DNA from: Sphaerodactylus townsendi
Lineage: Eukaryota
Assembly: GCF_021028975.2 (NCBI RefSeq)
Contig: NC_059438.1
Span: 1,984,001-2,048,000, forward strand
Direction: 5' to 3'
DNA length: 64,000 bases
Below, in pieces: positions 24,471 to 36,356 of this stretch. Both the position numbers and the translations under genes were made by a program. The first letter of the stretch is position 1; every line of letters starts with the position of its first letter. The notes below the pieces were generated by a model that had not been told where the DNA came from, ran no database searches, and worked only from the letters and a program-made list of their open reading frames with translations.

Positions 24471-26053
24471 TATACCTGCAGCTCCGACGCAAATTTCTGA
24501 TCCACGGAAGCCAATTGGCTTGAAAAGGTTTAACTCTACTTAGTATTTCTGCTGACCATTTCCTTCATCTATATGTCAGGAAAATAGCCCTGGAAGAACC
24601 CACATGCCACCAAAGTGTAATATGAATCATTTGTCGGTTTTAAAACTTGAACCTTAAACTACAAAAAAAAGACATGCTTCACTTATCCAATAGTCCTGTC
24701 TCATGATTTGCTTTTCAAAAGTAATAATACTTACATACAAGGAAGATACCAAGGGAAATGAAGGATGAGGAAATCTGAAAGAAAAGATGTAACCTGAGCT
24801 AAATGGTTTTGACCTCAGCAAGCCACAAAGCCAAATAGGTATACTTTCTCATATATTCAATTATTAAGAATTTAGTGTTCGGTCAAATCTCATCCTTCAC
24901 AGGTCTGTCAGGAGTGGCAAATTTCAGGCATTTGCTCATCTGTAAAATTTATGTGAGGTGGATATATGAAGCTGTAAAGCACATCTGAAGACCTTTTCGA
25001 CATCAGACTTTTTCTTTTATCCAGTCAAGGTGAAATGCTGAATGTCAATAATGCTGTCAACTTCACAATTGTCCCTACCGGAGTTCTATTTTAACATGGT
25101 GAGAGGGGCGGGGAGAGAGAAAAGGAATGCTACAAACTCCATTACATTTCAGTGACAGCACTGATGAAAAACTTTCTTTGGATGATTGACATGGCTCACT
25201 TCTGAGTGGGATGCGTCCAAATATCCCTTTACCTGAAGCTTAGCCCCAAACTCAGAATCAATTTACTGTGTCACAGAACCACATTGACACATTTGTGCTG
25301 TACTGCATTTCAGTATTACACGTTTATTTTAAATTTGCAGGGATTACTGAAATGTATCTTTGTGACTTGATTGCTTAAAGAAAACTCCTTCACTGCATTT
25401 AATATCTTACAAGATTTTCATGAGAATTTATTGACGAAGTACGGTTTGAGAGTGGATTGGGGGGGGATGTGATGTTGGTGACATCACCAAAATCATGACA
25501 TAATTTCCAGGAACAACCCAGAAGTGGCAATGGGTAGTTCTAGGAATTGCCAAGAATTCTATGGTAAAACTGTAGAGTTTATGGCAATTCTCCTCCCTTT
25601 TACCAGTGACAATATATTCTATTTAGTATTTCTGTTTTAATTTTAACTGCTGCTTTTGTGCAGCACCCCCATTACTTCTGCTGGTACATGCTCAGAACTA
25701 ACTGGATCTAATGATTTCCCAAGGCAGCTATGTGAGAAAGAGCGTCTGCTATAGGGATGCCATAAAACTCTCTGGGGATAGAGCAAGAAGAAATGTGTTG
25801 GTTCTTGCTCTAGTGATCGCCCATCTTAGCCTAGGGTCAAACAATATATTTAAATAGCAAGCTGTCCTGCATTTCTCCCGTATGATTTCAAAGTAGAGAG
25901 GGGAACAGAGAGTCTTTGCTCTACCAATTAGGAGTTGGAATTCCTGATAAAATAACCACTCCTTAATCCGGTGATCAAATAACCACTCCTTAAATCTCAC
26001 TGGAGGGGAGCATATGGAGCTGGTCCCAGGTAAAACCCAGATAGAGAATCTTA

Positions 26054-26194
26054 GGCTCATTCCGCACATGCAGAATAATGCACTTTCAAACTGCTTTCAG
26101 TGCTCTTTAAAGCTGTGCGGAATAGCAAAATCCACTTGCAAACAGTTGTGAAAGTGGTTTGAAAACGCATTATTTTGCGTGTGTGGAAGGGGCC
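26054..26194 (+). mobile_element. PIF/Harbinger-type MITE, family A (141 bp)
   Basis: TIRs ggctcattccgcacatgcagaataatgc / gcattattttgcgtgtgtggaaggggcc; TSD TTA/TTA. Confidence 0.9.
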
Positions 26195-26244
26195 TTAGAT
26201 TCAATGAGGACCCACCAGGCAGATAGCTGGAGTTCAAAAAGGGC

Positions 26245-26490
26245 ATGGTAGATAAGGCTGTTAAGAGTCGAGTTCAAATCCCCACTCACACCGTGGAAGC
26301 TTACTGGGTGATCTTGGGCCAGTCACACCCTTTCAGTCCTGACTCTGACTATTGTGTGAATGGGAAGCCTCCAAGAAATGCCAGGGGCACAACACAGAAG
26401 CAGGCAATGGCAACTACATCTGAATGTCTCTTGCCATGAAAACTCCACAGGATTGCTGTCAGTCAGCTGTGACTTGTTGGCTATATCTGT
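26245..26490 (+). mobile_element. SINE fragments (MIR/Squam3-like head followed by the 3' body of the 5S SINE)
   Basis: gagttcaaatccccact...tgggtgatcttgggccagtcac, then gaagcaggcaatggcaactacatctgaatgtctcttgccatgaaaac...agtcagctgtgacttg. Confidence 0.5.
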
Positions 26491-26624
26491 GCCATTCAGG
26501 CTTTTGATGTTGATTTTTAGCCACACCCTCTCATTTTTTTTGTTTGACATAAAGGATTGGAACTAAACAATCATTCTCTTAGTACAAAAGGAAGGGTAAC
26601 CTTTGACCACTGAAAAAGGGCTAT

Positions 26625-27134
26625 GGCTTGTTTCGCGCAGTCGCGAGGCCGATTAGAGGTCGGCGTGCTTCGGCGCCCGACCAGCGATGCTAGAACCCGT
26701 CCGCCGCGAGGGGCCGGTCCTAGAAAAAAAAAACTGGAGCAGCCCGAGCTGTGGGCGCCCGGCTTGACTTGTTGGCTGATGTCGGGCCTCGATTAACGTC
26801 GCCGAGGCCTGGGGACATGCCCCTGGCCTGTGCCCTGCTCCAGCGGCGCGGGGCAGGGCATCACGAACACCGGCAAGGGTGGAAGTATAAGTACAGGGAG
26901 CAAGGGGGGGAAGCGCCGGGAAGCCGCTGCCATTCGCATGGCAGAGGCTTCCAGCCGGCATTTCCTCAACAAGTGCGCTTCCGAGCGCACTGGGGAAACG
27001 CCGGTGTGGGGACAGGCGGCCGGCGCGAGGGCGGCGCGGCTGTGAAGCAGCTGCGCCCCCTGTGTGAACGGCGGCCTGGGGACGGCGTTTTTGCCATCCC
27101 CAAGCTGCCGTTTATGGCCCGTGCGGAAAAGGCC
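26625..27134 (-). mobile_element. PIF/Harbinger-type MITE, family D (510 bp)
   Basis: Ends ggcttgtttcgcgca / gtgcggaaaaggcc; TSD TAT/TAT; gccgaggcctggggaca motif shared with 27182 and 58177. Confidence 0.8.
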
Positions 27135-27181
27135 TATGTGTTCTTAGGACTTGCATGGTCAAAAGAATTGGGTGAAACTGA

Positions 27182-27570
27182 GGCCCTTTCCGCACGGGCC
27201 GTTTACAGCTGTTCGCATGGGGGGTACAGCTGCTTTCCCATTTTTGGAAAACAGTGGCTTCCAGCCGCTGCCGTGCAAATGGCAGAGGCTGGAAGGCGCC
27301 ATCCCCCCTTTCCCGATCGACTTACCTTCCCTGGGACCTTCCAGTGCATCGCCGAGGCCTGGGGACACGCCCCCCCTGCCCTGTGACTCCGGAGCGGTCG
27401 CTCAGGGCAGGGGGGCATGTCCCCAACCTCCAGCGTTTTATCAGAAAAATTAAATTAAGTCGATCGAGGCGACTGATGGGAGCGCCGCACCGTACTTCCC
27501 TGTTGTTACTGGGATGGGTCGCCGTCATGTACGCCGACCCAACCCCCAGCGTGGCTGTGCGGAAGCAGCC
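27182..27570 (+). mobile_element. PIF/Harbinger-type MITE, family D (389 bp)
   Basis: TIRs ggccctttccgcac / gtgcggaagcagcc; TSD TGA/TGA. Confidence 0.85.
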
Positions 27571-29788
27571 TGAGTGAAAAAATTGACTTGATCCAACCCA
27601 AGAACCTGCAGAAGGCTTTACTGTTATTCTCTTTATGATATTACCCTGGGCAAGAACTTCATTTGTAAACACATTAACACTTCCAATTCATTAATGTAAA
27701 AGTTTAAAAAAACACAATACCAATCACTTAGAACCTTTTAACATACCAGTGCCTACTGTACTGAGAATGGTGAAAACACAACTTTCACCTTCTCCATTTC
27801 ACCAATGCCAATATACTCCATTTCATATTTCTGTTCTAATTTTGTTTATGTGTCTTCTCATAATCTACTTAATTTTTTTAAGTGCCTCCCAATAATTTGC
27901 ACAACCTTGCATTATCTCTATAAATAACTGGCACATGAGTCTGCTTGCAAAGTATTTTTTTTCTTTAAACATAGTCATATAATCGTGCCATGAAAGCTTT
28001 TCCAAGATTACCCAGGTGTAAATCCCACATTAGTCATTGTTTATTCAACCAAACCTAGAAAGGACACTCTATCAAGGAAAAAGGTAATAATGAAAATCCA
28101 CTTTTAAAAGGTACCATTGATCAACTGCACAATCCCAAGCAGCTACACCCTTGGAATCCCATTGACTTCAAGGCACTTAGAAAGCTTTAACCCTGCAGGA
28201 TAATACAGGGTACCTCTTTCTGTATATAGGCCACAGACAAATTATACATCAGTAATCAGTGTGATATGCGGGCTTTAGATTAATTCAAAGTGCATAACTA
28301 AGCTCAATGTAAAGTTGATGTGCCTTAAAGCAAGGCCAACATGATGCATTACTGAGATCCAAAAGCAACCATATGTGTGGGAGGAAAACAAAGAGGCATC
28401 AGTTTGCAAAACTGGGCATGGACCAATAAGGGATTTAGAAGGGGTCCACATGATCATATAGATCAAGAAGGGGTTTACCTGATCTGAAAGATAAAAGAAG
28501 TGAATAATTTTCATGGAAACATTCTAGATAAAGGTGTAGCAGTTAGAACGTAAGTCTGTCCAGTGCATTTAAAAAAAACTGCTGGCAAGATTTTTCAGTT
28601 TCCTCCTTCAGCTGAGACTGAGGAATGTGGAGGGATAGGAAGCATGTATCACTACTGCTGCTTCTCTTGCTGCTTCCTCTGAACACCCAAGGCAGCCATC
28701 AAATTGGTTTGCAAGCTTAGCTTTACATAGCCGTAGGTGTATACAAACCAATGTCTTGAACATCACGGCTGATGAAGTGAAGCGAACCTTTGGGCAATCA
28801 TCATGTTCTGCTCAATGAAGGCATGAAAACCTTGTGGTCGGCCTGGCCGTCCATCTATTTCCGTAACTGTTGTTTGGTGTTGCTCTGCTTTAATGTTCAT
28901 TGTGGGTTTTAAAAGACTTTCACAGACTGTTGATTGCCCTCAATCTACACACTATTGCCTTATTTTCATCCGATCAAAGGTAATGTAGGACACCTAAGTT
29001 GTGTCATGTTCACTCGTTTCAACTGGTGACTACAATTTCTCCCATCCAGTTTGAAAAGTCAGTTAGACTGATGAAAAACAATCAGAGTCTTAATTGGATG
29101 CATTTCAATTGCACTTCACGGCTACAGATGGCAACTAAGATCTCATTTAAACCTGGCTACAGGTTTCTTTAAAAAGTTTTGCAGGAAAATGGCAGGGAAG
29201 ACTGGAGAATAAGTAGAGTATTAATTTGGGTACTAAAGTGTCACTTGGCTTTTAATTATACTGAAGCCCACATTTTCTACTCTCAAACTCTCTAAATTAG
29301 AAATGGAATGCATACTAGCTCTCCAAATTACCCAGACTGAATAGAGATAATTATCATATATAAACTTACCTGCAGATGCAGTTTTTCTTCCTGGGTAATC
29401 ATGGTTCAGAATTCATTTCTAGCAGTAATCTAGATTATGTAGTTCTAACTTTCATATTTTTCAGACAACTTTTTTTTAAAAGAAGCCTTTTTTTCCTGAA
29501 GCTAAAAACGATGAATGTTGCTGCTGTCTTTAAAAAAAAATGGTTTCAACTCATTGCAGCACTTCTACAGGTACAATGACTTCTGCCCATGGAATATGAT
29601 CTCTGATGGTCTCCCTTTCTGGTAGTTGTTTAGAGGGATGAACTCTAATCTGGAGAACTGGGTTTGATTCCCCACTCCTCCACATGAACAGCAGACTCTT
29701 ATCTGGTAAAGTGGATTTGTTTCCCCGCTCCTACACAAGAAGCCTGCTGGCTGACCTTGGGCCAGTCACAGGTCCCTCAGAACTCTTT

Positions 29789-29929
29789 GGCTCCTTCCGC
29801 ACATGCAGAATAATGCACTTTCAAACTGCTTTCAATGCTCTTTGAAGCTGTGCGGAATAGCAAAATCCACTTGCAAACAGTTGTGAAAGTTGTTTGAAAA
29901 TGCATTATTCTGCGTGTGCGGAAGGGGCC
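29789..29929 (+). mobile_element. PIF/Harbinger-type MITE, family A (141 bp)
   Basis: ggctccttccgcacatgcag...gtgtgcggaaggggcc; TSD TTT/TTT. Confidence 0.9.
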
Positions 29930-29935
29930 TTTCAG

Positions 29936-30447
29936 ATGGGAACCTTGGTTTGTCTACTTTAAGGAAACAAATGATATCAAACAACACTACATTACATACT
30001 GAACTTTATATCAAGTATAAAAACAAATACAGGAAGAAATGGGTGAATGAATGACTCCAATTGTTCTCTTAGTGATAAATAGATAAAAATTATTTTCTGG
30101 ATGACCAATGTTACAGGAGGAAACAAAGGGGGTGGGGAATATTACTAATTTAGTGGAATAAAGGGGACATTGAACTTGTCTTAGTCTGCTGATAGTTGTC
30201 TTGCTGCAGTATTACGAAAGGTTTACAAATCGTTATAGATAGTGAATAGTAGTGGATATAGTAAATAGGTTTTTTTTGGTAAATATGTGTGTATTAATAA
30301 CAATATGTAAAGTTTTAATATTATAATATAATAATCTATATTTAGTAAGGATTGTTAAATTGTCATATATTTATGTTGTGTAACAGTTTGATTATTGATA
30401 TATATGTCAGTGATCTTTGGTTGGAAATAAATGTATTTTGAAAAAAA
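29936..30447 (+). mobile_element. 5'-truncated L1/Tx1-like retrotransposon 3' end
   Basis: AT-rich insert ending aataaa...tgaaaaaaaa; ~13-bp TSD agaactct(t/c)tcag; begins with frame WEPWFVYFKETNDIKQHYITY*, resembling the W-x-P-F/W-x-x-Y C-terminus of non-mammalian L1 ORF2. Confidence 0.65.
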
Positions 30448-30478
30448 AGAACTCTCTCAGTCTTACCTACTTCACAAG

Positions 30479-30927
30479 GGCCCTTTCCGCACGGGCCAAA
30501 AAAGGTGGCCTGGGAATGGCAAAAACGCCGTTCCCAGGCCGCCGTTCGCACAGGCGGCGCTTCTGAAATGCAGCAGCGCCGACCTGGCTCCCCTTCCCCT
30601 CCCTCAGGGCGGCGTCAGGCCATCCTAAAAAACAACACTTTAAAGGGTTGTTTTTGAGGGAACATCGTCTTCTTGGGGCCCCGGTGCTAACAGCACCGCC
30701 GGGAACACGCTGTTTCCCCTTCCCTCTCCCACTTACCTTGTTGCTGTTGTCGCCCTGCTGGCCTCCTAAGTCCCTCCCTCGCTGTCCTCCAACCCCTGGA
30801 GGTCGTAGGGCTTAGGAGGCCAGCAGGCTGACGACAGCGACAAGGTAAGTGGGAGAGGGAAGGGGAAAGAGGCGGCTCAGAATTCTTGCCGGCGTGGGGG
30901 CTAATAGAGGCCCATGCGGAAAGGGCC
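30479..30927 (+). mobile_element. PIF/Harbinger-type MITE, family C (449 bp)
   Basis: TIRs ggccctttccgcacgggcc / ggcccatgcggaaagggcc; TSD AAG/AAG; long internal hairpin ~30716-30867. Confidence 0.9.
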
Positions 30928-31269
30928 AAGGTGTCTGTTATGGGAAGAGGAAGGAAAAGGAGTTTGCAAGCCCCTTTGAGTCTCCTTACAGGAGAGAAAG
31001 GGGGGATATAAATCAAAATTCCTCTTCATCTTCTGTAGTAGCTCAAAATGTCCACTAAATCCTTCTCTTAGGGAACCCATGATCTCACCTAATCTATTTA
31101 AAATTGATTTTGTCACTGTTACAAAGACCAGTTTTTCTATAGTCAAACATCTCACAGTCTGATCCTCCAACCACTATGCAACCCTGGCTCACTCTCTTTT
31201 AAAATATTTTTGACCGAACTTAAATAGCTCCCAAACTCGTGTTTCCAATTTCCGAACTAGCTGCTCCAC

Positions 31270-31480
31270 AAGACAGCATAACATAATGGTTAAAATGTCA
31301 GACAAGGATCTGGGAGACGCAGGATCTAAACTCCACTCTGCCATGAAAGCCAGGCACAAATTCTCAGCCTTGCCAACATCACCAGGTTGTTGAAAGGATA
31401 AAAAACGGAGAAGGGGAAAATGTTGTAAGCCACTTCAGGTTCACGCTGAGGAGACAAGTGAGGTATAAAAATAAATAAGC
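31270..31480 (+). mobile_element. MIR/Squam3-like SINE
   Basis: atggttaaaatgtcagacaaggatctgggagacgcagg...ccactctgccatgaaagc...ggttgttgaaaggataaaa...ggtataaaaataaataa. Confidence 0.65.
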
Positions 31481-31959
31481 TAAGAGCCAAACATGTTCTT
31501 ATGCCTTATCTCCTGTGAGAAATTATTAGTAGAAGAAAGACCCCCCCCCCCGGATTATTTTCCAGCGACTTTCTTCCCCAATTCCCTTGACTCACAGCAT
31601 GATGGATCTGTATATTTAAGAGGCAGTGTGTTAAGCCAATTACCCAGCAAATTTGCTATTAAAAAAATCTGACAGTGAAATAAATGCATAAATCAAAAAG
31701 CTATTGGCTTGGATCCAAAGTGTTCCTTCCAGTCTTACAAGAAGGAATCTCAGATTTCCACTGGCAGCATTTGCTTTCTCCTGAAGCTGTATCATACTGT
31801 TGTGAAACATACGCCATATAGCGAGACATAGTAGCAGGCAGCTCACTATGTTTGCATGGGGGGTTGCTAAGCTTGGGAGGTGCCGTTCCCATGAACCTGT
31901 CTCAGGCTCTCTGCAGAACCACCACAGAATAGTCGTGTTGTAATGCATAGTATTTACAG

Positions 31960-32125
31960 CAGAACATAAGAAGAACCCTGCTGGATCAGACTAAAGGCTT
32001 ATCCTGGTTAGCATTTTATTTAAACGGTGGCCAACCAGCTGCCCCAGGAAGTCCAGGAAGACTGCAGCAACATCCTCCCCATGGTTCCCAGCAACTGATA
32101 CAATGAGGCACGACACCTCCAGTAC
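31960..32125 (-). mobile_element. CR1-like LINE 3' tail fragment
   Basis: agaacataagaagaaccctgctggatcagactaaagg...gtggccaaccagctgccccaggaag...ttcccagcaactg. Confidence 0.6.
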
Positions 32126-33315
32126 TTATTCTTCTTAGTATGTCAGGGGGGGAAAGTATAATATCAGGGTCCCTTTAATGAACATGGAAGTGATTTTACT
32201 GTTATCACAAAACAGTTGAACACCAAGAACAGCAAACATCAAAACCCAAACTAATTTGATTTTATTTGCTTATATATGGCATGAATAAGTACAGATTTAC
32301 AAATCCTAGCGTGTGAATTTATCATCTTATATTACCAGGGTAAATCATGCGTGCAAATCATGCATCAAAGTCATAAAATGAGCTACAAATGCAATAAAAA
32401 AGGTGTTCTAAAGTTGAAAAAGGGGGCACTGCAAACCAAGATGTTGAGAATATCAAAGAGAATAAAGTTGCAATGCAAACTTTTCTTTTCCATGAGCAAA
32501 CTTCCTCCCCATGATGCAAGTTCCTCAATGAATAGCCTTGATGTATTGGCTCAAAGTTTGACTGGAACACTGCACTGCTTGCTGTAGCTGTTCATGTCCA
32601 GCTGAGAGATGAACAGAGCAATCCTAAACTGAGTAACACCTTTCTATCCATTGACATTAGTGGACATCTAAGGTACACACATCTGTTTAGGACTCTACAG
32701 TAAATCTTCTCGACTATTAAAGAAGGAAGTAGGTAACCTGCAGGATCATTATCAAAATGACCTTCCTGTCATAGTGAATCACAGAAATTGCCCCCTCTTC
32801 ATATCTGTGCAGTTTCATGCATTATTTCAATAGGGCATCTGATGTGTTTTGCGCTTGCCCAGTCAGCAGCATTTGTTGTGATGGTATATGATCAAAAAAC
32901 ACTACCACTCCCATGAAGCAGTGCAAAAACCCATATGGATTAATTGATCAGGAAATATTGCCAGCATTAAGGAACACTGAATAAAACACTGAGAGACCAG
33001 AGAGGAATATTACATGAAGGTCATAAACGGTGAAACTCCCCGGGTTTAAATAATGTGGTAAACAACAAGTGGGGAGGCAGAGACAGTCATTAAGCCTGTA
33101 GCTGTAGCAAAGTAGCATTTGATTGTCCAAACACAATAGATTGCTTTTCCATGTTCACACAAAAGCAAATACTAGAACTTGGTGGTAACCAATGGCTGTA
33201 CCAGCAGGGCTTGCTAGTGAGGGTATTAAAAAGAATTGTTCTTGGGTTCTTTTCTGAGCAGCCTTGTCAAAGGAGGAATACACTGATGGTGAGAGCATAA
33301 AGAGCTCTTAAGAAG

Positions 33316-33597
33316 GGGGCTTTCCCCACTTACCTTCTGCTGCGCGCTACTCCGGGAAAGTAGCGCGGGGTTTAGCGGGGCTCCCCACTTGCAAGGGCGG
33401 CAACCACGCAGCCGCCCCGACGCTGCCGCTCCTGCACCACCTCAGCGCGTGTCATTCCTGGCTGGCTTGGCTTTTGCTGATGACCCCATGCAGAAGCTTT
33501 GCGGGGTCGTATTGGGGAATTCCGAGTAGCACCAGGAATGGCTGGCTGAAGGTGGCGCGAGAGCGGCGCGCAGCAGAAGGTGAGTGGGGAAAGCCCC
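33316..33597. mobile_element. PIF/Harbinger-type MITE, family E (282 bp)
   Basis: 32-bp TIRs with one mismatch, ggggctttccccacttaccttctgctgcgcgc / gcgcgcagcagaaggtgagtggggaaagcccc; TSD AAG/AAG. Confidence 0.9.
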
Positions 33598-33639
33598 AAG
33601 AAGAGCAATGTGCTGCTGAGTTGCAAGCAATTCTTTGGC

Positions 33640-33780
33640 TGTTTCAGGCAAGGGAGGAGCAGAGGTAGTTTGCTCTTCCTCCATGTAGCATCTTTAGCCT
33701 TCCTTGGTGGTTTCCTATCCAAATATTGACCACGGCCAACCCTGCTTAATTCCCAAACTCTGATGAAATCAGGGCCACAT
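33640..33780 (-). mobile_element. 5S rRNA-derived SINE
   Basis: agaggtagtttgc...ttccttggtggtttcctatccaaatattgaccacggccaaccctgcttaattccc. Confidence 0.6.
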
Positions 33781-34958
33781 GGCTTTAATATTTTATCAAT
33801 TTGTTTTTATTTTGTTGTTGCCCATCTTGGGTTGGGAAGTGCATGGGAGAAAAGAGGGCATATAAATAAACGAATAATGTTGACATTCCCAAATATTTAT
33901 TCCTTCTACAGTATTTTGTTCCATTTATACATCATATGCTAATGTTCATACAATTGCAGCCCTCGTATTGATTATAGCCCTTATTTCAATGGGCTGAAAT
34001 CTCTCTATTTCAAGGCTAGTTATTTGCATGATGATCTAATTAGCAATTTTTAGACATGGACATTTTTATGGCAAAATCTGTTTAACTAGCAATAGAAGCA
34101 ATCTTGGAACAACACAAGAAGATACTAGAGGAAGTTTGTCTTAGTTCCTCTGATGTTATCAAACAGCATGGGCAAAATATGTCTGTACCATCTGGACAAA
34201 TCCCGTTGGCAAGAAAGGAATGTGATTTCCATATCATGTTGAAGTTGAACATTATGGATTCTGTTGGGAAACTATCAGATAATTCTCACGGTATACAAAA
34301 TGCATCTGGAAGAACCTAAATGTTTCCTAGTTTGTAATACATGCCTTTCTCTAGTCCCATACCCATATGTTGGTGTGCAGCAACACCTCTCAGGATTCCC
34401 CTGGGGAGGGGAAAGTCCTGTCCTGTCAACTTCTAAGTTCACCTTGGCATCTAGGGGAGGCTCCAGGGATAGCAGACCCATCCATCACCTTCAAGGGTGT
34501 GTTTTTTAACCCATAGTAGGAGGAGCACCTTGGATTTCTTTCCTCCCTGTGATTTGTATCAGAAGGGACCCTGCTTCCCTTATATAGAAGTAGTGCCACA
34601 CAACTAGCATGCATTACCATGCTAATACCTCCTTCCCTCTCTCTGAAGACAGTAAGGAATCAAAATCAAGATGGCTTCCCCATGACAGCCTCCAGAAATT
34701 GGCTAAAAGCAACTTTCTCCCCCGCACACACATGCCAATTGACCAGAGATTTTTGCTGGTGAAATCTTCATTGGGCCCACCAAGTTGTCCACTTGATCAG
34801 AGATAATATGAGAACAATTTTTAGCTAGCTATTTAAAAAAACTACTTCTGTTAAAAACATGCTTGATTTGATTAAAAGTAATTATTTTAATAATTTTCCT
34901 GTCCTCTTACAATAGCAGTAGTGATCTCATCAGCCAGGATCCAAAGAACCTCTCAGAT

Positions 34959-35115
34959 GTGTATCGAAGGATTTCACAGCTGGAATCAACTAGCTTTTGT
35001 GGGGGGTGGGGGTTGGACTGTGTGGCTGTGGTCTGGTAGTTTTTGCTCCTAACATTTCACCTGCATCTAGCACTGGCATCTTCTAAGGCACGTCACGGTG
35101 AGATGTGTTTCTCTC
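34959..35115 (-). mobile_element. Penelope-like pLTR remnant with degenerate hammerhead motif (35048-35088)
   Basis: Reverse complement agagaaacacatctcaccgtgacgtgccttagaagatgcc...aggtgaaatgttaggagcaaaaactaccagac...gttgattccagctgtgaaatccttcgatac. Confidence 0.7.
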
Positions 35116-35261
35116 CATTCCTCTCCGGGGGGAGGGGAGGAGGCAGGTCCTGGATGTGGCACAGACCCATGCTGGTGCATTTTCCCACCCCACTGGCATG
35201 AGTGGCACATACACAGTGGGGAAGAAAATCACTATGCAGTAACTTTAATTAGAAAAAGATT

Positions 35262-35264
<3 letters not shown>

Positions 35265-35331
<67 letters not shown>
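35265..35331. repeat. (CA)n microsatellite abutting the Helitron 3' end
   Basis: CA run. Confidence 0.98.
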
Positions 35332-35335
<4 letters not shown>

Positions 35336-36356
35336 CAGGCCCGGCCATGCGTTGCTGTGGCAATTGTCCTCATCACAGTTCGCAACCCACACAGATGTCC
35401 ATGCAGGTCCAATGATCCCCAGCATAGCCTTTTGGGGTGGTCAAATGGAATCCCTCTTTCCCTTTTCAATGCACATTGTTATATGGTGCTGTCTTGTTTT
35501 TTAAGTATAAGGTAACCCTTCCCATTCCACAACGGAACTGTCCAGAGTGTGAATCCCCCTGTCCATGAGGCTGGTTGACACGCACAGTCCTGGCTTGGGT
35601 AAGGCAGAACTGGGGCAAGTAGGCTACCCCAGTCAGGCAGCAGAGGCAGGGTGGTGAGGGGCTCAGATTGAGGCCAGCTCCTGGAGTTCCGAATAAAGGA
35701 ACCGCGATGAAAAAAGAAGCGGCACCAGTAGTGTTGGTCGCCCCCACCCGTGGATTTTCATGTAGAAGAAAAAGGCAAACTCAGTTGCAAGTTTTAGTAA
35801 AGAGAGCTGTAGCGAATATGGGTGAGGAAGTGGGTAAGTGGTGGTTGGATATGAAGGAGGGCAGAGTGAGGTGTGTGAGGGGATGAGCTGGATGTGTATT
35901 GTGTGGTAGCAGTGGGTGAGGCACAGAGAGTGAAAGTTACCTGCGTGTGAGGGGGGATACCCCACCAGATGTCTCACACGGCAAAGTGTGTATGTGTTTC
36001 ACTTCCACTTGTATTACCTAACAGTATTACCTATTTACTGTTTTAACTGCTTATCTCTGGCCATCTGCGCAAACATTCTAAGGGCAGACCAACCCCTCAG
36101 GCCACAGACAGGCTACACGGACATTCTAAGGGTGACAGTTAAACACAGCCAGCTTCATGGCCTGATGCGCCAGGAAAAAAGATGTTTTACCTGGCTCAGG
36201 TATGGACTTTTGGTAATTTGAAGGTCAGATTACCTGCCCGCAACAGGTAGGGAGGGAGGGACATCCTGTGAAAATTTGAGGGCGATCCGTCCAGCAGCTT
36301 CTGAGGGAGACCATCAGGGACAAACACACGTTTAGATTTATATATATATATATAGT
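35332..36356 (-). mobile_element. Non-autonomous Helitron (~1.0 kb)
   Basis: Minus-strand 5' end (a)ctatatatatatataaatctaaacgtgtgtttgtccc...gctggacggatcgccctcaaattttcacag; 3' end gccacagcaacgcatggc hairpin, then cgggcctgCTAG|t; no TSD. Confidence 0.75.

Larger units (their letters stand above)
29620..31035 (+). mobile_element. Squam3-like SINE split by three insertions (MITE A, L1-like fragment, MITE C)
   Basis: Head with duplicated B box 29620-29788; ...cagaactct[t/c]tcag; body resumes 30449-30478 and 30928-31035 (gtgtctgttatgggaag...gagtctccttacaggagagaaaggggggatataaat). Confidence 0.8.

Noticed and set aside
28765-28790. Hammerhead-like ctgatga...gcgaac
   Set aside because: Lacks GAAA and pairing stems.
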